Part shown: positions 30,515 through 40,429 of the stretch, piece after piece
How the letters are laid out: each line of letters begins with the position of its first letter
Position numbering within the stretch: position 1 is the stretch's first letter
Source: an uncultured Ohtaekwangia sp.
GTDB taxonomy: Bacteria; Bacteroidota; Bacteroidia; Cytophagales; Cyclobacteriaceae
DNA length: 64,000 nt
Assembly: GCA_964387475.1 (NCBI GenBank)
Contig: CAYLWU010000017.1
Coordinates: forward strand, 17,464-81,463
Reading direction: 5' to 3'
Program-made: the position numbers and the translations under genes
The notes under the pieces: generated by a model
Databases searched by the model: none
What the model was told of the DNA's origin: nothing
The model's input: only the letters and a program-made list of their open reading frames with translations

Positions 30515-30903
30515 AATCGGTTTTCAAACCCGGCGATACCAAGACGTTTTCAAAACGAGTAACGCCTGCGGATTTTGTGCGCTTTGATGCGGAGGTGCTT
30601 CATGCCGTTTACTCCACGTACGCGCTGGCACGCGATTTTGAATGGAGCTCGCGATTGTTTTTTCTGGAAATGAAAGATGCAGACGAAGAGGGTGTGGGTA
30701 CGTTTCTTTCGATTGATCATAAAAGCCCCGCGTTTGATGGCGAGTGGGTACAGATTACGGCCACGGTGGAGAGTTTGAATGGGCCGGAGTTAATCTGCGC
30801 AATTGAAGCCCGGGTTGAAGATCGTATTATTGCGGTAGGAAAAACCGGGCAGAAGATGCTTAAATTGGAAAAGTTGAATCGTATCTTTAGAAGAACATCA
30901 TGA
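30511..30903 (+). CDS. Hotdog-fold thioesterase (FlK-like)
   Basis: Start MKSVFKPG (ATGA overlap with tsaD); VYST, EEGVGT and IDHKSPA motifs. Confidence 0.8.
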   Translation: MKSVFKPGDTKTFSKRVTPADFVRFDAEVLHAVYSTYALARDFEWSSRLFFLEMKDADEEGVGTFLSIDHKSPAFDGEWVQITATVESLNGPELICAIEARVEDRIIAVGKTGQKMLKLEKLNRIFRRTS

Positions 30904-31364
30904 GCAAAGAGCGCTTTGCCAAAACCATTAACATCCGTAACAAACAAGCCAGCTTTAATTATGAGTGGCTTGAGACGTTCGTTGCCGGATTGGTATTAAC
31001 CGGCTCAGAAATAAAAAGTATCCGCGAAGGAAAGGTAAGTTTATTAGATGGGTATTGCTTCTTTGATCGGGGCGAGGCATTTGTAAAGGGTGTTAACATC
31101 ACACCCTATGCCCAAGGCACACACTACAATCATGAAGCGGTGCGCGACCGCAAGCTGTTGCTGAAGAAGGCAGAGATTGCAAAACTAAAATCGCGGGTGG
31201 AAGAAAAAGGACTTACGTTGGTGCCCACGCGGTTGTTCATCAACGATCGGGGATTAGCCAAAATGGAGTTGGCATTGGCCCGTGGGAAAAAGGTGCACGA
31301 TAAACGCGAGACCATTAAAGAGCGCGATCTCAAGCGCGAGTTAAGTAGAATTAAATTAGGATGA
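30900..31364 (+). CDS. smpB: SsrA-binding protein SmpB
   Basis: AGLVLTGSEIKSIR, RKLLL and GKKVHDKRE motifs. Confidence 0.98.
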   Translation: MSKERFAKTINIRNKQASFNYEWLETFVAGLVLTGSEIKSIREGKVSLLDGYCFFDRGEAFVKGVNITPYAQGTHYNHEAVRDRKLLLKKAEIAKLKSRVEEKGLTLVPTRLFINDRGLAKMELALARGKKVHDKRETIKERDLKRELSRIKLG

Positions 31365-32164
31365 GTAAGGAGATAGTTGGCTTTGGAGTTTGCAGGTTAA
31401 CGATTGTGCCGGTACGCAAAGAACCGGATCATCGTTCAGAACAGGTTACGCAGTTGCTGTTTGGCGATCAGTATCAGGTGCTATCGGTAGATGCGGGCCG
31501 TGCGTGGCTTTATATTCAAATTCATAGCGATCAGTACACGGGATGGATTAGCGCGCTGCAGCATCATGAAGTTGCGGCCGATTACTACGAACAAAGCATT
31601 TACGCGGATTATAAGATTACCACAGAAACAACGGCCACCATCCTATACCAGAAAAATCCCATTACCATAGTTATGGGCAGCGTGGTGCCCATTACCGGCA
31701 ATGAGTTGTTTAAGATGGAAGATCAGTTTGCCTTTAATGGCGAATCCAAAAACCTGAGTCAGCGAAGAGATGCCGAATTTGTATTGCAAACGGCCCACAA
31801 GTACTTGTCTGTGCCATATCAATGGGGTGGTAAATCGCCTTTTGGAATTGACTGCTCGGGGTTTGTGCAAATGGTGTTTAAGATTAGCGGTTACAGCTTG
31901 CCGCGCGATGCACACCAACAGTTTTTACATGGAAAACCGGTAGATCAGTTCGAGCAGGCGCAGCCCGGAGATCTGGCTTTTTTTCAAACCGATGACGGCC
32001 GGATTATCCATGTTGGCATCGTGGCGCCCGGAGGCAAAGTCATTCACGCCAGCGGCCATGTACATCTGGGTACGTGGGTAGCCGCAGGAATTGTTCACCC
32101 CGACCAACGCCAAATCACCCATCGGTTCGCAGGAATCCGCAGAATTCTGCCTACGACTGATTAA
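31361..32164 (+). CDS. SH3 + NlpC/P60 (C40) peptidase
   Basis: PYQWGG, GIDCSG, LPRDA, HVGI and IHAS motifs; N-terminal TQLLFGD SH3-like region. Confidence 0.92.
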   Translation: MSKEIVGFGVCRLTIVPVRKEPDHRSEQVTQLLFGDQYQVLSVDAGRAWLYIQIHSDQYTGWISALQHHEVAADYYEQSIYADYKITTETTATILYQKNPITIVMGSVVPITGNELFKMEDQFAFNGESKNLSQRRDAEFVLQTAHKYLSVPYQWGGKSPFGIDCSGFVQMVFKISGYSLPRDAHQQFLHGKPVDQFEQAQPGDLAFFQTDDGRIIHVGIVAPGGKVIHASGHVHLGTWVAAGIVHPDQRQITHRFAGIRRILPTTD

Positions 32165-32206
32165 CACAACTTGATTAACCGGTTTTCATGGACTATCTTT
32201 CTCGCC

Positions 32207-32701
32207 ATGAACCGGGTGTTGGTACTCAATCAGGATTATAGTCCACTCATGGTTTGCTCTGTAGAGCGTGCCTTTCTGTTGGTATTCATGAATAAAAGCG
32301 AATTGCTGCGGGCCGCCAACGGCTATCGGCTGCGCTCCGTTTCCGCCAGTTTCCCGATGCCGTCGGTCATTCGGTTAAACCGGTATGTGCATGCGCCCTA
32401 TAAAGGCGTTACGCTAACCCGGCAGAATGTGTTTAAGCGCGATAATTTTGAATGTCAATACTGCGGCACAAAACGAGACCTAACGCTGGACCACGTGATG
32501 CCCACTTCGCGGGGTGGCCCCCACAGTTGGCTTAACCTGGTTACAGCGTGTAAAAGGTGCAATACCCGCAAGGGCGACTATACGCCGGAAGAAGCGGGCA
32601 TGAGCATGCGGTACAAACCGTATAAGCCAACCTACTCGCTGTTTTTGAAAGATGCCAGTGGCGTACACCTGCATGAGTGGGAGGAGTTTCTCACGCGGTA
32701 A
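32207..32701 (+). CDS. HNH endonuclease
   Basis: VLVLNQDY, PSVIRL, RD..CQYCG, TLDHV.P.SRGG and C..CN..KG motifs. Confidence 0.92.
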   Translation: MNRVLVLNQDYSPLMVCSVERAFLLVFMNKSELLRAANGYRLRSVSASFPMPSVIRLNRYVHAPYKGVTLTRQNVFKRDNFECQYCGTKRDLTLDHVMPTSRGGPHSWLNLVTACKRCNTRKGDYTPEEAGMSMRYKPYKPTYSLFLKDASGVHLHEWEEFLTR

Positions 32702-34045
32702 CTAAAACTTCAAACGAAAAACGGTTTTTTGGTGCGGCTCCGATTCTGCCGTAAGGCTGCCGCGGTGCATTTGCATAATCTGTCGCGAAAGGCTGAGACC
32801 AATACCGCTACCGGTTTTCTTCGTGGTAAAGAAGGGCACAAAAATCCGGTCAAGTGCCTCTTTTATAATGCCGGGGCCGTTATCAACCACCTCAATCACA
32901 ACCCCGGTTTCGTTGTATCGCCCAACTATGTCTATACGCCCGCTGGGCACCCCGTGTAGCGATTCAAGTGCATTTTTGATCAGGTTGATTAAAACCTGCT
33001 CAATCATCTCTTCGTCAATCTGCAGCGTAATGTATTCCGATTCGCAAGAGACTGAAAACGAAATGCTTGTTTTGCGGATTTCCGGTTTCATTAACTGTGC
33101 TACCTTTTCCAGTAACGACTTCAGGTACACACTTTTTACTTTTGGCTGCGGCAGCGAGGTATATTCGCGGTAAGCATCAATGAATTTGATCAAACCCTTC
33201 GATCGGTTCTCGATTGTGTTCAGGCCCTCTCGTAAATCATCCGCGCCTTCCGTTTTTAATTCGTAGTGGGTAGTGTGGTTGGTCAGGTCATGGTCGAGAA
33301 TTTCGCGCAGGGTTGAAGTCAGCGAAGAAATAGGTGTGATGGAGTTCATGATTTCGTGCCGCAACACCCGCGTTAGGTTTTGCCACGCCTCAAGTTCCTG
33401 CTGTTGTAATTCCGACTGGATGTTTTGCAACGTAACCAACTTTACATCGGTACCCCGCATGCGCAGTTCAGTACTTTGAATGGTGAGCTGAAATTCATCT
33501 GTTTTGAAGAGTGCACTTTTGCCGGTTTGCAAGTGCAGCAACACTTGATACAGGCCACTATTGATTTGGTTGAGCTCGTGAATGTTCTTGATGAGATTAA
33601 CACCAAGAAACCGTTTCGCATTTTGGTTGATGAGTTGCACCTTGCCTTCGCTGTCGTACGAGAGAATGCCTGTGCGCACCTGCTGTACAATGGTGGTAAG
33701 GTATTGCCAGTTTTCTTCTTTTTCCGATCGGGCCTTGCGAAACGCCTCCAGCACTTCGTTAAATTTAATGTTCAGGTCGCGGAAGCTCTGGCCCAGTTTG
33801 TTATCGGCTGTAAAGCCAGAAATAAAATCCTGATACTTTACCGATTCTAAAAAACGCGTAAGCTTCCGGTTGGTGAGCGATACAAAATGGAATAACTCAA
33901 AAAGCTCGCCCAGAATGATTAAGCCCGTGAGCCCCGCGGCAAACATCATGTTTGGCCGGCTGGCCATAAACACAAATGCGCTCATCGACAACCCGAGGAT
34001 GACCACGCGCAAGGCTACACGTACACGGAAGTCAGACCACCGCAT
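32702..34045 (-). CDS. Sensor histidine kinase (NtrY/NtrB-like, PAS)
   Basis: HEIMNS H-box, QVLINLIKNA, DNGPG, FFTTK and GSGIGL motifs; two N-terminal TM segments. Confidence 0.93.
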   Translation of the reverse strand: MRWSDFRVRVALRVVILGLSMSAFVFMASRPNMMFAAGLTGLIILGELFELFHFVSLTNRKLTRFLESVKYQDFISGFTADNKLGQSFRDLNIKFNEVLEAFRKARSEKEENWQYLTTIVQQVRTGILSYDSEGKVQLINQNAKRFLGVNLIKNIHELNQINSGLYQVLLHLQTGKSALFKTDEFQLTIQSTELRMRGTDVKLVTLQNIQSELQQQELEAWQNLTRVLRHEIMNSITPISSLTSTLREILDHDLTNHTTHYELKTEGADDLREGLNTIENRSKGLIKFIDAYREYTSLPQPKVKSVYLKSLLEKVAQLMKPEIRKTSISFSVSCESEYITLQIDEEMIEQVLINLIKNALESLHGVPSGRIDIVGRYNETGVVIEVVDNGPGIIKEALDRIFVPFFTTKKTGSGIGLSLSRQIMQMHRGSLTAESEPHQKTVFRLKF

Positions 34046-34069
34046 CAGCGCGTAATTGAAGGTTGGAGG

Positions 34070-35458
34070 CTATAGTCCATGTTTTTCCAGTCTGCGGTAA
34101 AGTGAGGAGCGGGTAAGGCCCAGTTCGGAAGCGGCCTGAGTGATGTTTCCATTGAACTTCTTCAAGACTTTTCGAATGAGCAGTTTTTCCACCTCATCAA
34201 GGTTAAACTGATCCAGCGAAAGCGCCGTGTTGTCGGCCTCCTTTCCAACTGATACAGAGAAATTGAAATCCTCCGGTTGCAGCACCGTGGAGTTGCTAAG
34301 AATAATGGCGCGCTCCAAGGCGTGTTGTAACTCGCGAATGTTTCCCGGCCACGGATGTTTGCTCATCCGCGAAAGCGCGGCATCGCTGATTTTAGAAATA
34401 TTCTTGCCGTACTTCTGGTTATACTGTTTAAGGAAATGGTTTGCCAACAGGGGTACATCTTCCACACGTTCGCGCAATGGCGGAATCTCCACTTCTATGG
34501 TGTTGATGCGATAGAGCAAATCTTGGCGAAACCGGTTTTCCTTTACCATTTCGTACAGGGGCATATTTGTGGCGCAGATCAGACGCAGATCTACAGGTGT
34601 ATCTTTGTTAGAACCCACGCGGCTTACCTTGCGGCTCTGCAACACGGTAAGCAGTTTGGCTTGCAGCGGCATGGAAAGGTTGCCGATTTCATCCAGAAAC
34701 AAGGTGCCGCCGTGGGCTAGTTCAAATCGGCCGGGGCGGTCTTCTTTGGCGTCGGTAAATGCGCCCTTTTTGTGCCCGAATAGTTCGCTTTCAAATAATG
34801 TTTCCGTAATCGATCCTAAATCCACCGATACAAAAGATTCGGTTTTGCGCGCAGAGTGCGCATGAATGGCACGCGCAATCAACTCTTTTCCGGTTCCATT
34901 TTCGCCCAGAATCAACACGTTGGCATCGGTTTGGGCTACCCGGTCAATCGTTTGGAAAATGCGCTGCATGGCCATGCTCTGGCCAATGATGTCTTTATAC
35001 TTTTCGTTGATGGATTGATTGATCTCCTGATTTTTGATCTTCAGTGTTTCTACCTGGTCGCGCGTTTCGCGCAGCCGCATAGACGAGTACAGCGTGGCCA
35101 ACAGTTTTTCGTTTTCCCACGGCTTCAATACAAAGTCAGTAGCGCCGGCCTTGATGGCCCGCACCGCCATTTGTACATCGCCATAGGCCGTAATCAACAC
35201 CACCACTGCCGAAGGATCGATCTGCAGGATTTTTTCTAACCAATAATAGCCCTCGCTGCCGCTGCTTACGTCTTTGGTGAAGTTCATATCCAGCAAGATC
35301 ACATCATAATCTTCCTGTTGCAGCAGGGCCGGAATGGCCTCCGGGTTTTTTTCAATTTCAACTTGCGCGAAGTGCCGTTTCAAAAACATTTTGGCCGCTT
35401 TCAGCAAGTCTTCATTGTCGTCTACAATCAGAATTTTACCGTGTTTTTGGTCGCTCAT
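34070..35458 (-). CDS. Sigma-54-dependent response regulator (REC-AAA+-HTH)
   Basis: LLDMNF, GENGTGKE, GAFTDA and WPGNIREL motifs; Fis-type HTH GNITQAASELGLTRSSLYRRL; start MSDQK. Confidence 0.95.
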   Translation of the reverse strand: MSDQKHGKILIVDDNEDLLKAAKMFLKRHFAQVEIEKNPEAIPALLQQEDYDVILLDMNFTKDVSSGSEGYYWLEKILQIDPSAVVVLITAYGDVQMAVRAIKAGATDFVLKPWENEKLLATLYSSMRLRETRDQVETLKIKNQEINQSINEKYKDIIGQSMAMQRIFQTIDRVAQTDANVLILGENGTGKELIARAIHAHSARKTESFVSVDLGSITETLFESELFGHKKGAFTDAKEDRPGRFELAHGGTLFLDEIGNLSMPLQAKLLTVLQSRKVSRVGSNKDTPVDLRLICATNMPLYEMVKENRFRQDLLYRINTIEVEIPPLRERVEDVPLLANHFLKQYNQKYGKNISKISDAALSRMSKHPWPGNIRELQHALERAIILSNSTVLQPEDFNFSVSVGKEADNTALSLDQFNLDEVEKLLIRKVLKKFNGNITQAASELGLTRSSLYRRLEKHGL

Positions 35459-35551
35459 AAAGCCGATGAAGAGTTTTATACCGTCCGTATTTGGCAACTT
35501 TAGTACCGAAAGTGGGATGGCCTCATTTTGCACCAAAATACAGTTTTTGGT

Positions 35552-35607
35552 TGTAACGGCCCGAACAAATACGTCCGTTTGCGGACGGTACCGTACACCG
35601 GTGAACT
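35552..35607. promoter_or_regulatory. Three 16-bp quasi-palindromes at 20-bp pitch; putative enhancer (UAS) for the divergent bEBP
   Basis: TGTAAC-GGCC-CGAACA (35552), CGTCCG-TTTG-CGGACG (35572), CGTACA-CCGG-TGAACT (35592). Confidence 0.65.
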
Positions 35608-35660
35608 ATCGAGGCGTTGTTTTTGATGAATTTCGGGCGTTATTAACCGATTATTTGTAT

Positions 35661-35675
35661 TGGCACATTTGTTGG
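35661..35675 (+). promoter_or_regulatory. Sigma-54 (-24/-12) promoter of the exporter operon
   Basis: TGGCAC-ATTTG-TTGG; matches TGGCAC-N5-TTGC except at the last base. Confidence 0.65.
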
Positions 35676-35734
35676 CAAAGAACAAATGCCAAACCTGTAG
35701 CCGTTAAAAAAAACGCCTGTTAATGAATTAGTAG

Positions 35735-36982
35735 ATGGATCGGAAAATTGAAAAGAAAACATTCACAGTAAAACGTGTGCTCACTTGGGGTGGTGCAACG
35801 GCCTTGGTGGTATTCGTGGCCTACCAGTTTATTTTTGCTGACCGACGCTCCAAGTTGAAGATCGACTCAGATAAGATTACAATTGCTGAGGTGCGAAGGG
35901 GCGTGTTTCAGGAGTTCATTCCACAAACCGGCACGGTAGAACCCAGCCGCACGGTGTTTCTGGATGCGATTGAAGGCGGAAACATCCGGCGTATTGTGCG
36001 CGAAAGTGGTGCAATTGTAAAACGTGGCGATGTGATTCTCGAACTTACCAATCTTAACCGCGAGTTATCTGTACTGCAGCAAGAGGCCTCGTTTAATGAA
36101 AGCATTAACCGGGCACGCGAAACGCGGCTCAACATTATGCGCAACGATTTGGAACAGCGGCAAACACTGGCGCTGATCGATAACCAACTGGCCATTTTAG
36201 CGCCGCAGTTTAAAAGGCAAAGCCAACTGTACGACAAGAAACTAATTAGCAAGCAGGAGTTTGAGCGCACAGAAGCGGATTATAAATACAACCTGGAACG
36301 CAGGCGCATTACCTATGAGGTATACAAAAACGATTCGATCGACCGCATCCGGCAATTGCGTGCGGTAACGCTCTCGGAGTCGCAGATGACGCGCAGCCTC
36401 GATGGTGTGGGTAAAATTTTGGATAATCTCGTGATTCGCGCTCCGATTGATGGTCAACTCTCTACACCCCATTGGGAATTAGGCCAAGCGGTGAATCTGG
36501 GCCAGCGCATGGGGCAGGTGGATGTGATTGGCAGTTACAAAGTACGCGTACCGATTGATGAGTTGTATTTGCCGCGTATTCAAACCGGCCTGCGGGCCAC
36601 CACCACGTTTGCAAATAAAGATTACCATCTGCTCATTACGTACATCTATCCGGCCATTTCCAACGGGCGATTTGAAGTGGATATGAATTTTGATGGCGAA
36701 ACCCCGCAAGGTATTCGCAGGGGCCAGAGCTTGCGCCTGCGGATTGAGTTGGGACAATCATCAGAAGAACTGCTGCTACCAGTGGGCGGATTTTATAAAG
36801 ACACCGGTGGAAACTGGGTATTTGTGCTGGAGGCCGATGGCCGCGCAATAAAACGCGAAATCAAGCTGGGCCGGAAAAATACGGAGCATTTTGAAGTACT
36901 GGAGGGGCTCAAGCCGGGCGATCGCGTGATTACGTCTTCTTACGAAAATTTTGGCACCAATGAAGTTTTAATTCTGAATTGA
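35735..36982 (+). CDS. Periplasmic adaptor (MacA/HlyD-like) subunit
   Basis: MDRKIEKK start, TM anchor, coiled coil, IRAPIDGQL and GLKPGDRVITS motifs. Confidence 0.92.
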   Translation: MDRKIEKKTFTVKRVLTWGGATALVVFVAYQFIFADRRSKLKIDSDKITIAEVRRGVFQEFIPQTGTVEPSRTVFLDAIEGGNIRRIVRESGAIVKRGDVILELTNLNRELSVLQQEASFNESINRARETRLNIMRNDLEQRQTLALIDNQLAILAPQFKRQSQLYDKKLISKQEFERTEADYKYNLERRRITYEVYKNDSIDRIRQLRAVTLSESQMTRSLDGVGKILDNLVIRAPIDGQLSTPHWELGQAVNLGQRMGQVDVIGSYKVRVPIDELYLPRIQTGLRATTTFANKDYHLLITYIYPAISNGRFEVDMNFDGETPQGIRRGQSLRLRIELGQSSEELLLPVGGFYKDTGGNWVFVLEADGRAIKREIKLGRKNTEHFEVLEGLKPGDRVITSSYENFGTNEVLILN

Positions 36983-37011
36983 TGCAACGAAGTACCGAAA
37001 CCAAACGTCTT
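36983..37011 (+). promoter_or_regulatory. Putative ECF-type promoter upstream of the ABC ATPase
   Basis: TGCAAC-N17-CGTCTT. Confidence 0.5.
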
Positions 37012-37075
37012 TTACACTGCTATTGTAGAACTATTTAACACATAAAAACATCCAACACTTAATTACCCCTGTGCC

Positions 37076-37765
37076 ATGATCAAATTAAAGAATCTCGAAA
37101 AAGTGTACACTACCGAAGAGGTGGAAACTACAGCGCTCAATAGCATCAACCTCGAAATCAAAGATGGCGAGTTTGTGGCCATTATGGGGCCATCGGGTTG
37201 CGGCAAGTCAACGTTGCTGAACATCCTGGGTTTACTGGATAATCCTTCGAATGGCGAGTATCATTTTGGCGAGCATGAGGTGGCCAAGTACTCTGAGCGG
37301 CAGCGTGCCCAATTGCGTAAGGGCTCTATCGGGTTTGTGTTTCAAAGCTTTAACCTGATTGATGAGTTAACCGTTTTCGAAAATGTGGAGTTGCCGTTGC
37401 TCTACCTGAAAGTGGCTTCGGATGAGCGCAAGCGCAGAGTAGAAGAAGTGCTTGAGCGCATGAACATCATGCACCGCAGAAATCATTTTCCGCAACAGTT
37501 ATCTGGTGGGCAACAGCAGCGCGTGGCCATTGCGCGCGCTATTGTAGCGAAGCCAAAAGTGATTCTTGCCGATGAACCTACTGGTAATCTTGATTCAGTG
37601 AATGGCGAGGAGGTAATGAAGCTGTTGTCTCAGTTAAATGAAGAAGGCACAACCGTGATCATGGTAACGCACTCACCATACGATGCAAACTATGCCCACC
37701 GCATTGTGAATTTGTTTGACGGTAAGGTGGTGACGGAGAACATTAAAGAGCAATTCCATATCTAG
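37076..37765 (+). CDS. ABC transporter ATP-binding protein (MacB/LolD type)
   Basis: [25 protein letters not shown] and VTH motifs. Confidence 0.96.
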   Translation: MIKLKNLEKVYTTEEVETTALNSINLEIKDGEFVAIMGPSGCGKSTLLNILGLLDNPSNGEYHFGEHEVAKYSERQRAQLRKGSIGFVFQSFNLIDELTVFENVELPLLYLKVASDERKRRVEEVLERMNIMHRRNHFPQQLSGGQQQRVAIARAIVAKPKVILADEPTGNLDSVNGEEVMKLLSQLNEEGTTVIMVTHSPYDANYAHRIVNLFDGKVVTENIKEQFHI

Positions 37766-37795
37766 TTTGTTTTAGGTTAAGGTTAGGGTTAGGAG

Positions 37796-37823
37796 ATCCC
37801 GGCTTAGGCCGGGATTTTTTTTT
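37796..37823 (+). terminator. Intrinsic terminator between the ATPase and permease genes
   Basis: ATCCCGGC-TTAG-GCCGGGAT hairpin followed by a T run. Confidence 0.8.
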
Positions 37824-37834
37824 GAACACCCGAT

Positions 37835-37925
37835 TGTTCACGATTGAACAGTAACAGTTTCTTACCGCGCAAATTGATGAAATATACCTGCCGTAATGCA
37901 ACGGTTCGGAATTTGCCTTCGTCTT
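37835..37925 (+). promoter_or_regulatory. Permease promoter region: UAS-like palindrome plus overlapping sigma-54-like and ECF-like elements
   Basis: TGTTCA-CGAT-TGAACA (37835-37850); GG-N10-GC (37903-37916); TGCAAC-N17-CGTCTT (37897-37925). Confidence 0.55.
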
Positions 37926-37947
37926 AGTCTCATCAAACCCTTTGCAT

Positions 37948-40353
37948 ATGCTCAAGAATTATCTCGCAATTACATTTCGTAACCTGGCAAAGAATAAGGT
38001 TTTCATTTTTGTAAATGTATTTGGTATGGGTGTGGCCATTGCCTGCTGCGTGGTGGCTTATCTTAACTTCCGGTATGCGGCCGATTGGGATGGTACCCAA
38101 GTGAAAGGCGATTCCATTTACCGTGTTCAGTTCTGGCGCGAGTTTCAGGGCAATCGCGAGCGTTACGGCATGGCCCCTATGCCGCTGGCCCAATACGTGC
38201 GGCAAAACATTAAAGAGGTGGAAAAGACCGCGCGCATTCAGGTGAACTATGTAGATGTGCGTATTGGCGATGAAGTATTCGGAACTCCTTTTGCGTTTGT
38301 AGACTCCACGTTTTTCCACATGTTTAGCTATGAACTGGTGCACGGTTCGTGGCGCGATTTTTCTGATAAGACGCGCATTTTCATTAGCGATGAACTGGCG
38401 CGGAAGTATTACAACCGCGAAGACGCCGTTGGCATGCCGATTACCCAGATTATTCTCGGTAAAGATGGAATTCGCAGACCCAAAGAATTTACTGTAGGTG
38501 GGGTTTTCAAGAAGTTACCCGGAAACTCAAGTTTCGGATTTAGCGCGGTTACGCTATACGACAACTTCTGGGATATCAATCTTGATCCGGACATGAGCGA
38601 AAATAGCTGGAAGCGGTGGACCACAGCCTTGTTTGTTTGGATTGACGATCCTGCCAACGTGCGCCTGGTAGAACGGCAATTGCAAACGTATGTAGAACCA
38701 CAAAATCAGGTACGCGAAGATTTCAAAATCTCGAACTACTACTTGCAACAATTCAGTAGCATGATGCCCGCAAATCGGGCCAACCCGCGCCTTGCCCAGG
38801 ATGGCTTGTGGGGTGGTTTACCACAAGAGGCGATTATCGTGCCGGCCGTAATGGCCGGGCTGCTGCTCTTGCTGGCTTGCTTCAACTTCACGAATACAGC
38901 CATTGCCATCTCCAGCCGAAGATTAAAAGAGATTGGCATTCGAAAGGTAATGGGCGGCGTGCGGAAGCAACTTGTTCTGCAATTCATGGGCGAGAACCTG
39001 TTGCTTTGTTTTTTTGGTTTGGCTTTTGGCTTGCTACTGGCCGAATGGATGGTGCCCGCCTACGATTCGTTGTGGAACTGGCTGGAGATTCGATTGGTGT
39101 ATGCAGAGAATTATGGATTCCTCTTTTTTTTGGTTGCGTTACTGCTTCTTACCGCCATCATCGCAGGGAGCTACCCTGCATTTTACATCACGCATTTCGA
39201 ACCAGTAGCGATCTTAAAGGGCAAAGCAAAATTTGGAGGCACCAATTGGTTTACCCGCGTGCTCTTGGGTGGGCAGTTCGTGATCTCGCTGCTTGCGATT
39301 GTGATGGGTGTGGCCTTCTACATCAATGGCAAATACCAACGAAATTATGATTTGGGTTTTGCTACGTCGGGTGTTATTTCCGCGTGGGTAAACACCGAGT
39401 CGGGGTTTAATACCTATCGCGATGCGCTGGCCGGAAATCCGGATATCAAAGTAATCGCACCTACGCGCCATCACATTGCCAATAATTGGTATAACGACCC
39501 GGTGAAGTTTGAGTCTTTGGAGCGCGAGGTGGACATCATGGAGGTGGGCGACCGCTACCTTGAGGCCATGGACATGAAGCTTATTGCAGGCCGCACGTTT
39601 GAACCCGATTCTGAAACGGACCGAAAAGAATCAGTGCTGGTAACTGAAGAGTTTTTGAAGGAGTTTAAGTGGACTGACAACCCGATTGGAAAACGCGTGG
39701 TATGGATGGATACCGTGAGTTTGTATGTGATTGGCGTGGTAAAGAACGTGTACAGCCGCGCACTTTGGCAGCCGATTGAACCCATGATGCTGCGGTATAC
39801 CCAAAAGGAGAAAATCCAGCAGTTGGTAGTTCGAACCGACCCGGAGAAAACAGCTGCGGTAAATGAGTATATGCGCGCCAAGTGGAAAGAAGTGTTTCCC
39901 AATGCACAGTATAGCGGCCAGATGATTGATCAGGAGTTGGCCGAGACAAACGAAATTAATGATAATCTGGTGCTCATGTTCGGTTTTCTGGGTGCATTTG
40001 CAGCATTGATGACGGGTATTGGATTGTACACATTGGTATCGCTCAACATCGTAAAACGCATGAAAGAAATTGGTGTTCGTAAAGTGCTGGGGGCGTCCAT
40101 CGGAAATATTGCGGGAGTCATCAATCGTGAGTTCATCATCAATCTCGGCATTGCCACGGTAATTGGCGGCGGGCTCGGCTTTCTTGCGGCAAATTGGTTG
40201 ATGGATTCCATTTGGGAGTACTATCAGCAATTGAACATATCCGGTCTGTTGGTTGCCGCAGGCACAATGATCTTTATCGCCTTTTGCGCGGTAGCGTATA
40301 AAACGTTCAGTACGGCTTCGTTAAATCCCACAAAAACGTTACGCGACGAGTAG
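37948..40353 (+). CDS. ABC transporter permease (duplicated MacB/FtsX)
   Basis: MLKNYL..FRNL start; two R.KEIG.RKV.G motifs; AGSYPAFY; C-terminal NP..LRDE. Confidence 0.95.
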   Translation: MLKNYLAITFRNLAKNKVFIFVNVFGMGVAIACCVVAYLNFRYAADWDGTQVKGDSIYRVQFWREFQGNRERYGMAPMPLAQYVRQNIKEVEKTARIQVNYVDVRIGDEVFGTPFAFVDSTFFHMFSYELVHGSWRDFSDKTRIFISDELARKYYNREDAVGMPITQIILGKDGIRRPKEFTVGGVFKKLPGNSSFGFSAVTLYDNFWDINLDPDMSENSWKRWTTALFVWIDDPANVRLVERQLQTYVEPQNQVREDFKISNYYLQQFSSMMPANRANPRLAQDGLWGGLPQEAIIVPAVMAGLLLLLACFNFTNTAIAISSRRLKEIGIRKVMGGVRKQLVLQFMGENLLLCFFGLAFGLLLAEWMVPAYDSLWNWLEIRLVYAENYGFLFFLVALLLLTAIIAGSYPAFYITHFEPVAILKGKAKFGGTNWFTRVLLGGQFVISLLAIVMGVAFYINGKYQRNYDLGFATSGVISAWVNTESGFNTYRDALAGNPDIKVIAPTRHHIANNWYNDPVKFESLEREVDIMEVGDRYLEAMDMKLIAGRTFEPDSETDRKESVLVTEEFLKEFKWTDNPIGKRVVWMDTVSLYVIGVVKNVYSRALWQPIEPMMLRYTQKEKIQQLVVRTDPEKTAAVNEYMRAKWKEVFPNAQYSGQMIDQELAETNEINDNLVLMFGFLGAFAALMTGIGLYTLVSLNIVKRMKEIGVRKVLGASIGNIAGVINREFIINLGIATVIGGGLGFLAANWLMDSIWEYYQQLNISGLLVAAGTMIFIAFCAVAYKTFSTASLNPTKTLRDE

Positions 40354-40386
40354 CGAACGGCGCCGCTGAACCGCCCTGATGAATTT

Positions 40387-40429
40387 AACCCCGGCTATTG
40401 CGCGGTGCCGCCGCGTAATTCCGGGTTTT
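40387..40429 (+). terminator. Long imperfect hairpin, probable permease terminator
   Basis: AACCCCGG..ATTGCGCGG-TGCCG-CCGCGTAAT.CCGGGTTTT. Confidence 0.5.

Noticed and set aside
32207..32701. HNH nuclease as an IscB/Cas9-like or homing element
   Set aside because: No RuvC motifs, no adjacent ncRNA space or repeats; matches the common small chromosomal HNH family
37772..37793. TTAGG/TTAGGG-like short repeats (ttaggttaaggttagggttagg)
   Set aside because: Only about four imperfect units in a 3' UTR; too short to call a telomere-like or functional repeat
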